Origin: Macrostomum lignano
Taxonomy: Eukaryota
DNA length: 64,000 bases
Direction: 5' to 3'
Assembly (NCBI GenBank): GCA_002269645.1
Contig: NIVC01000815.1
Coordinates: 376,083-440,082, forward strand
A program made the position numbers and the translations under genes. The notes beneath the pieces are model-generated. The model saw only the letters and a program-made list of their open reading frames with translations, did not search any database and was not told where the DNA came from. Position 1 is the first letter of the stretch; each line of letters opens with the position of its first letter. Of this stretch, positions 59,301 through 64,000 are shown one piece after another.

Positions 59301-62270
59301 CTGTTTACATGTAGCTAGAGTGACGCACACTGGCACTAGAGTGACGCACAGTGGCACTAGAGTGATGCAGTGGCACTAGAGTGACGCAGTGGCACTAGAG
59401 TGACGCAGTGGCACTAGAGTGACGCACAGTGGCACTAGAGTGATGCAGTGGCACTAAAGTGACGCAGTGGCACTAGAGTGACGCACAGTGGCACTAGAGT
59501 GACGCAGTGGCACTAGAGTGACGCAGTGGCACTAGAGTGACGCAGTGGCACTAGAGTGACGAACAGTGGCACTAGAGTGACGCAGTGGCACTAGAGTGAC
59601 GCACAGTGGCACTAGAGTGACGCACAGTGGCACTAGAGTGACGCACAGTGGCACTAGAGTGACGCACAGTGGCACTAGAGTGACGCACAGTGGCACTAGA
59701 GTGACGCACAGTGGCACTAGAGTGACGCACAGTGGCACTAGAGTGACGCACAGTGGCACTAGAGTGACGCACAGTGGCACTAGAGTGACGCACACTAACA
59801 TTAGAGTGACGCACACTAGTGACGCACAGCGGACGCTAGCACAGGAGTGACATAACGTCACTCACAAAATGGCACTCACACAGTGGCGCTGGTGGCTCCA
59901 CCTGGCACAATTGTGACATCGCCACCGGCGTTATCATCAGCAACCGCGGACGCCAGCGTCGCATCAACGCCAGCGTGGTCGTCGCGTGCATCGTCATCGA
60001 CAATGTCGTCGTCGTCATCGACCATATCGACATCGGGAGGATCGGCAGCAGACAAATCCTGGGCCTGGGAGGCCACCGGAGCCACAGTCGCAATCAACGA
60101 CTCGTCATTTTCGGCACCATTAACGCGAGCTGTCGGATTGGCAAACACAAAGTTCGCATAGTGACCGCAGATAGTATGCGCAGCCGACCTAGCAACGGTT
60201 GCCAGGGCTCCCACTCCAGGCGTGGGCAGGTCGCAAGGCGGATCCGACCAGGCCACGTTGGCGATGGCTAGCACGGACTGGCGGCCCAGATTGAGCGTAG
60301 CATCGGAGTCCAGCAGGATCTCGCAGTCATTGTCAATGACGCACACGTTGTTAAGACGCATCTCCCCGGTGCCGCCGTTATCGTAGGCGGCCGCCTGCTG
60401 GTGGAACAGCGGGTCAACATCAAAGCGTAGGGAGGCCGGCTTCAGGCGGATGCGCGTCAGGCTAGTAGCGATTACGGCCTTGCGCTTGCGCTGGCGCCGT
60501 TTGGCCGCGGCGGCGGCGCGGGCTGCCAGCATGGCCTCGTCGTCACCTGCGACTTCGGCTGCGGCGGCTGGAGAGCGATTTAAAATGGTAGATAGATTGA
60601 TTCTGTAAGAAAGAACGCGCTTGACTGGTGGCTATGATATGTCCATTGCGCATGGGTGACAGTCGTGATGGAATGTGCATTGTAGATCGGGAATGTACAC
60701 TTGGAATGGGTGCAGATATGAGGGAATGTACATAGCAGATGGGGAGTGTGTATTTGGAATGGGTGCAGATATGAGGGAATGTACATAGCGGATGGGGAAT
60801 GTGCATTTGGAATGGGTGCAGATATGAGGGAATGCACATAGCAGATGGGGAGTGTGCATTTGGAATGGGTGCAGATATGAGGGAATGTACATAGCGGATG
60901 GGGAATGTGCATTTGGAATGGGTGCAGATATAAGAGGAATGTACATGAACTGGCTCAGGTAGCACTGAGCTACTCGCACTTCCACCTACCTCCTCCGGCC
61001 TCCTCATCACCGTCCGAGTCCGCAGCAGCCGGGTTGGCATCGTTTCGGCCAAGTCCGCCCATGACTTTGTAAGCTTCGCGGTGGACGGCGTCCACTCGGC
61101 CGGCGTAGATTTTGGCGCCGGCGTCCAGCGAACTGCTGGCCAGCTGGAAATTGTCGATGCCCTTCACCGTGCCCTGCAGGTAGTCGATCAGGTGCAATGC
61201 GAAGGCATTCTTGGAAGAGATCTTCCCTTCGACCGATAGTTTGATGCAATTCTCGTAGTGGTCGCTGAGCTCCCTGAGGTTCGGCATTGTTAGAGCAGCG
61301 TTAGCGAACTGTTAGTGACTCAATTAAAGCTATTAGAATTATGAACTATACACTCGTACACAATGTACTTCTAATCTCGAGCAAGGTGAATTGGATAAAA
61401 CAGGCGCAGACAAGATATTCTCTAACATGCTGCCATGTACATATTTACTACAGACTAACACAGTGAACAGCAGCAGTCATGTACAGGACACAATACAAGA
61501 TGAGCATGACCCCGTACAGCCTGTACAATCTAGATATCAGAAGGGCCATTGTACAGCCTGTACAATCTAGATATCAGCAGGGCCATTGTACAGCCTGCAC
61601 AATCTAGATATCAGCAGGGCCATTGTACAGCCTGCACAATCTATCAGCAGGGCCATTGTACAGCCTGCACAATCTAGATATCAGCAGGGCCATTGTACAG
61701 CCTGCACAATCTAGATATCAGCAGGGCCATTGTACAGCCTGCACAATCTATCAGCAGGGCCATTGTACAGCCTGCACAATCTAGATATCAGCAGGGCCAT
61801 TGTACAGCCTGCACAATCTACACTGTAGATATCAGCAGGGCCATTGTACAGCCTGCACAATCTATCAGCAGGGCCATTGTACAGCCTGCACAATCTAGAT
61901 ATCAGCAGGGCCATTGTACAGCCTGTACAATCTAGATATCAGCAGGGCCATTGTACAGCCTGTACAATCTAGATATCAGCAGGGCCATTGTACAGCCTGC
62001 ACAATCTAGATATCAGCAGGGCCATTGTACAGCCTGTACAATCTAGATATCAGCAGGGCCATTGTACAGCCTGTAAAATCTATCAGCAGGGCCATTGTAC
62101 AGCCTCACAGCCAAATACGCTCACCTAGCCGTCATTCTCTGCAGAGGATCCGATGGAGCCGCCTGCGACCGACGCCTGGCCAGCCGCTCCAGAGCGTCAT
62201 CATTAAGTAATTTGGCTTCGTCGGCAAAAGCCGAACCAGACTCGTCTGCAGCTAGTAGTGGCTGCGACAT
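56391..62270 (-). CDS. NCAPH: Condensin I kleisin subunit CAP-H / barren (~844 aa), 7 exons
   Basis: Exons 62270-62125, 61273-60990, 60567-59880, 59246-58696, 57949-57543, 56979-56761, 56630-56391 (2535 nt, phases consistent). NDDALERLARRRS, DHYENCIKL...KNAFALHLIDY, LDAGAKIYAGRVDAVH, FDVDPLF, WTGPAQWR, YAKTAKRINVKRLKTSMWRLL, FTCLLYLANEK. Confidence 0.95.
57105..57450. repeat. 21-22-bp minisatellite, NCAPH intron 5
   Basis: Unit TGTACAGGATTTGAGATCATAG. Confidence 0.94.
58125..58590. repeat. ~34-bp minisatellite, NCAPH intron 4
   Basis: Unit TCCCTAATTAGAGATCCTACTAGTCAGGTATTAA. Confidence 0.93.
59317..59825. repeat. 19/21-bp minisatellite, NCAPH intron 3
   Basis: Unit AGTGGCACTAGAGTGACGC(AC). 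Confidence 0.97.
60665..60950. repeat. 57-bp minisatellite, NCAPH intron 2
   Basis: Unit TTGGAATGGGTGCAGATATGAGGGAATGTACATAGC(A/G)GATGGGGA(A/G)TGTG(C/T)AT. Confidence 0.94.
61510..62105. repeat. 37-bp minisatellite, NCAPH intron 1
   Basis: Unit GATATCAGCAGGGCCATTGTACAGCCTGCACAATCTA. Confidence 0.97.
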
Positions 62271-64000
62271 GAAACAATTTAATTTTAACAATAAGGATGA
62301 AAACCAAGGCTTGTTGAGTGATTACTGTTTCATTTTACTCATGCATCAACTTAATAAAGATTTATATACTTTTGTCATAATAAAAACTTTAGTCGTCAAA
62401 AAGGAACCTCTTTGATCTATGCCCATGGCTACTAATGGAGTGGAGTTTGCTTTTTATCTAAAAGATGTCTACAAGGCAATGATGTTTCAAATCATGCTAT
62501 ACTTTAGGATTGTCATTGGGATGTGGGAGGCCTGCTTGGGATCTGGTCTTTGTTACTTAGATAGGTTTTTGTTAGAAATTAATCTAGGACACAATTCAAA
62601 TGTGCATTATATTTAATTAAAATAAATGCATTATTCACTTTTTGTATTTTAAAATGAATGTTTGTACAATTTTATAGTACATTTAAAACACTAAGTGCCA
62701 ACTAAGGCTAGATCTAAAATTGGCAAACTAAAACATTTATTGACCTAATACAAAAGCATTTACCTAACTATATTATTAAATCTACTTAAGTATAATTACA
62801 GAGCTAAATATAATAAAAGATTCCAGTGAGACTTTCAAAGTTATTTTTAAAAATATTTTTAATTCATTTTATAAATCTCATTTGCTTGAATAAAAAGACT
62901 AATAATAAATCTAATACAAATAGACTTGCTATCACACTCTCAAATCTATTATATCGTATGCTAGAAAATGACCTTTTATGCTATATATTAAAGTTTATGC
63001 CAGAAAAAATGTTGCACAAAATTGCAATGCTATGCCAAATTTAACTCACATTTTAGGTATCAATTTTAAAGCTATTTTTAAACAGAGGAATCTTTAAATG
63101 AAAGAATAGTGATTGTTTTCGTGTTTTTTTGTATTTTGTTTAGTACTTTTTAACAAAAATTGCTTTAAAAAGTAATTTATATTATGCCACTATTGCTATG
63201 CCATATGCCAGCACAGTGGTGCATAAATTTATGATGAAATAGCTATTGGGTATGCTAGATACTATATTGCCAACATATTTTTAGGTCTACTATACACTGG
63301 AAAAATGAATGATTCAGGATTCAGGAGTGGGAATTTGCTATAGGCTTAGCTATGGCCTTTTATAGCCAAGGGCCATTATTGTAGACAGCATCTGGCACAG
63401 ATTGGCCCCTTGCAATGGAAGTGCCATCTGGCTTATTGGTGTTGTCTAATGAGAAAGGGGATGTCTTTGAAAGTGGGAAGGGAGCATCAATAGTACTTAT
63501 CACCCCTCCTTTTTTAGGAACTTTTAATATATATTTTCTAAATAGGAGGCTAAAATTATAATTTTTTAGCTATTTAAATAGCTATTTGCTACTCTTATAT
63601 CTCATAGAGACAAAGACTAAAATATAGATTAGATTTAGTTAGATCTAAGATCCAAGATCTATTTGATTAGTAATTAATTGATTATAACAAATGAATAGGA
63701 TATCATGATCATAGATATCAGAACAGAGAGGCAAGAGGAGCATCAATGGTCTTGCCAGTTGCCTTTCTCAATTTTTAAAATGTTCCAATGCCTATAGTAT
63801 AACTTAGGGCCTACTGAATATTTTAATATGATTAATTATATTTTATTTGCCTAGCATTTAGATTAGCATCGGGGCTTCTTTATCCAAAAAAGGACCCTAA
63901 GTTTGTCCTTGTGGTAGTTGTCAGTTCATTGACATTGGTCTAAGCATCTTGCATGCCTAGATGCCTCTTTCAATAGTTTTTCTAGGTTCTGCTATATTGC

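Noticed and set aside
60970-61287. ATG 61287 as NCAPH start
   Set aside because: An upstream exon (62270-62125) with the conserved NDD.ERL.RRRS motif splices in phase at 61273, so 61287 is intronic in the preferred model.

Overview
Eukaryotic (metazoan) genomic DNA: GC-rich spliceosomal exons separated by AT-rich or minisatellite-filled introns. The style suggests a repeat-rich flatworm such as Macrostomum (inference, not provable here). I built exon models by hand and checked splice phases for a VGLUT-like SLC17 transporter, USE1, a protocadherin, RFC3, condensin kleisin NCAPH, a putative HMG-box-like low-complexity gene, and two pairs of unknown paralogs (X1/Y1 on minus, X2/Y2 on plus) forming an inverted duplication around the SLC17 gene. 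Mobile DNA: a young full-length Ty3/Gypsy (Mag-like) LTR element with a 5-bp TSD, decayed LINE fragments, a CORE-SINE-like element and several TIR elements. About 24 distinct minisatellite arrays are present. The most striking item is a single-exon 91-aa secreted precursor at 31757-32032: signal peptide, acidic pro-piece, and an Arg/Trp-rich peptide ending in an amidation signal. It looks like an undescribed arminin-like antimicrobial peptide and has a minisatellite-disrupted tandem paralog upstream. Also notable: two unrelated minisatellites whose units are a 41-nt GT..AG segment plus a copy of the exon end, a gene-conversion-like tract, and two CpG-void tracts upstream of housekeeping genes. 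All counts are manual.
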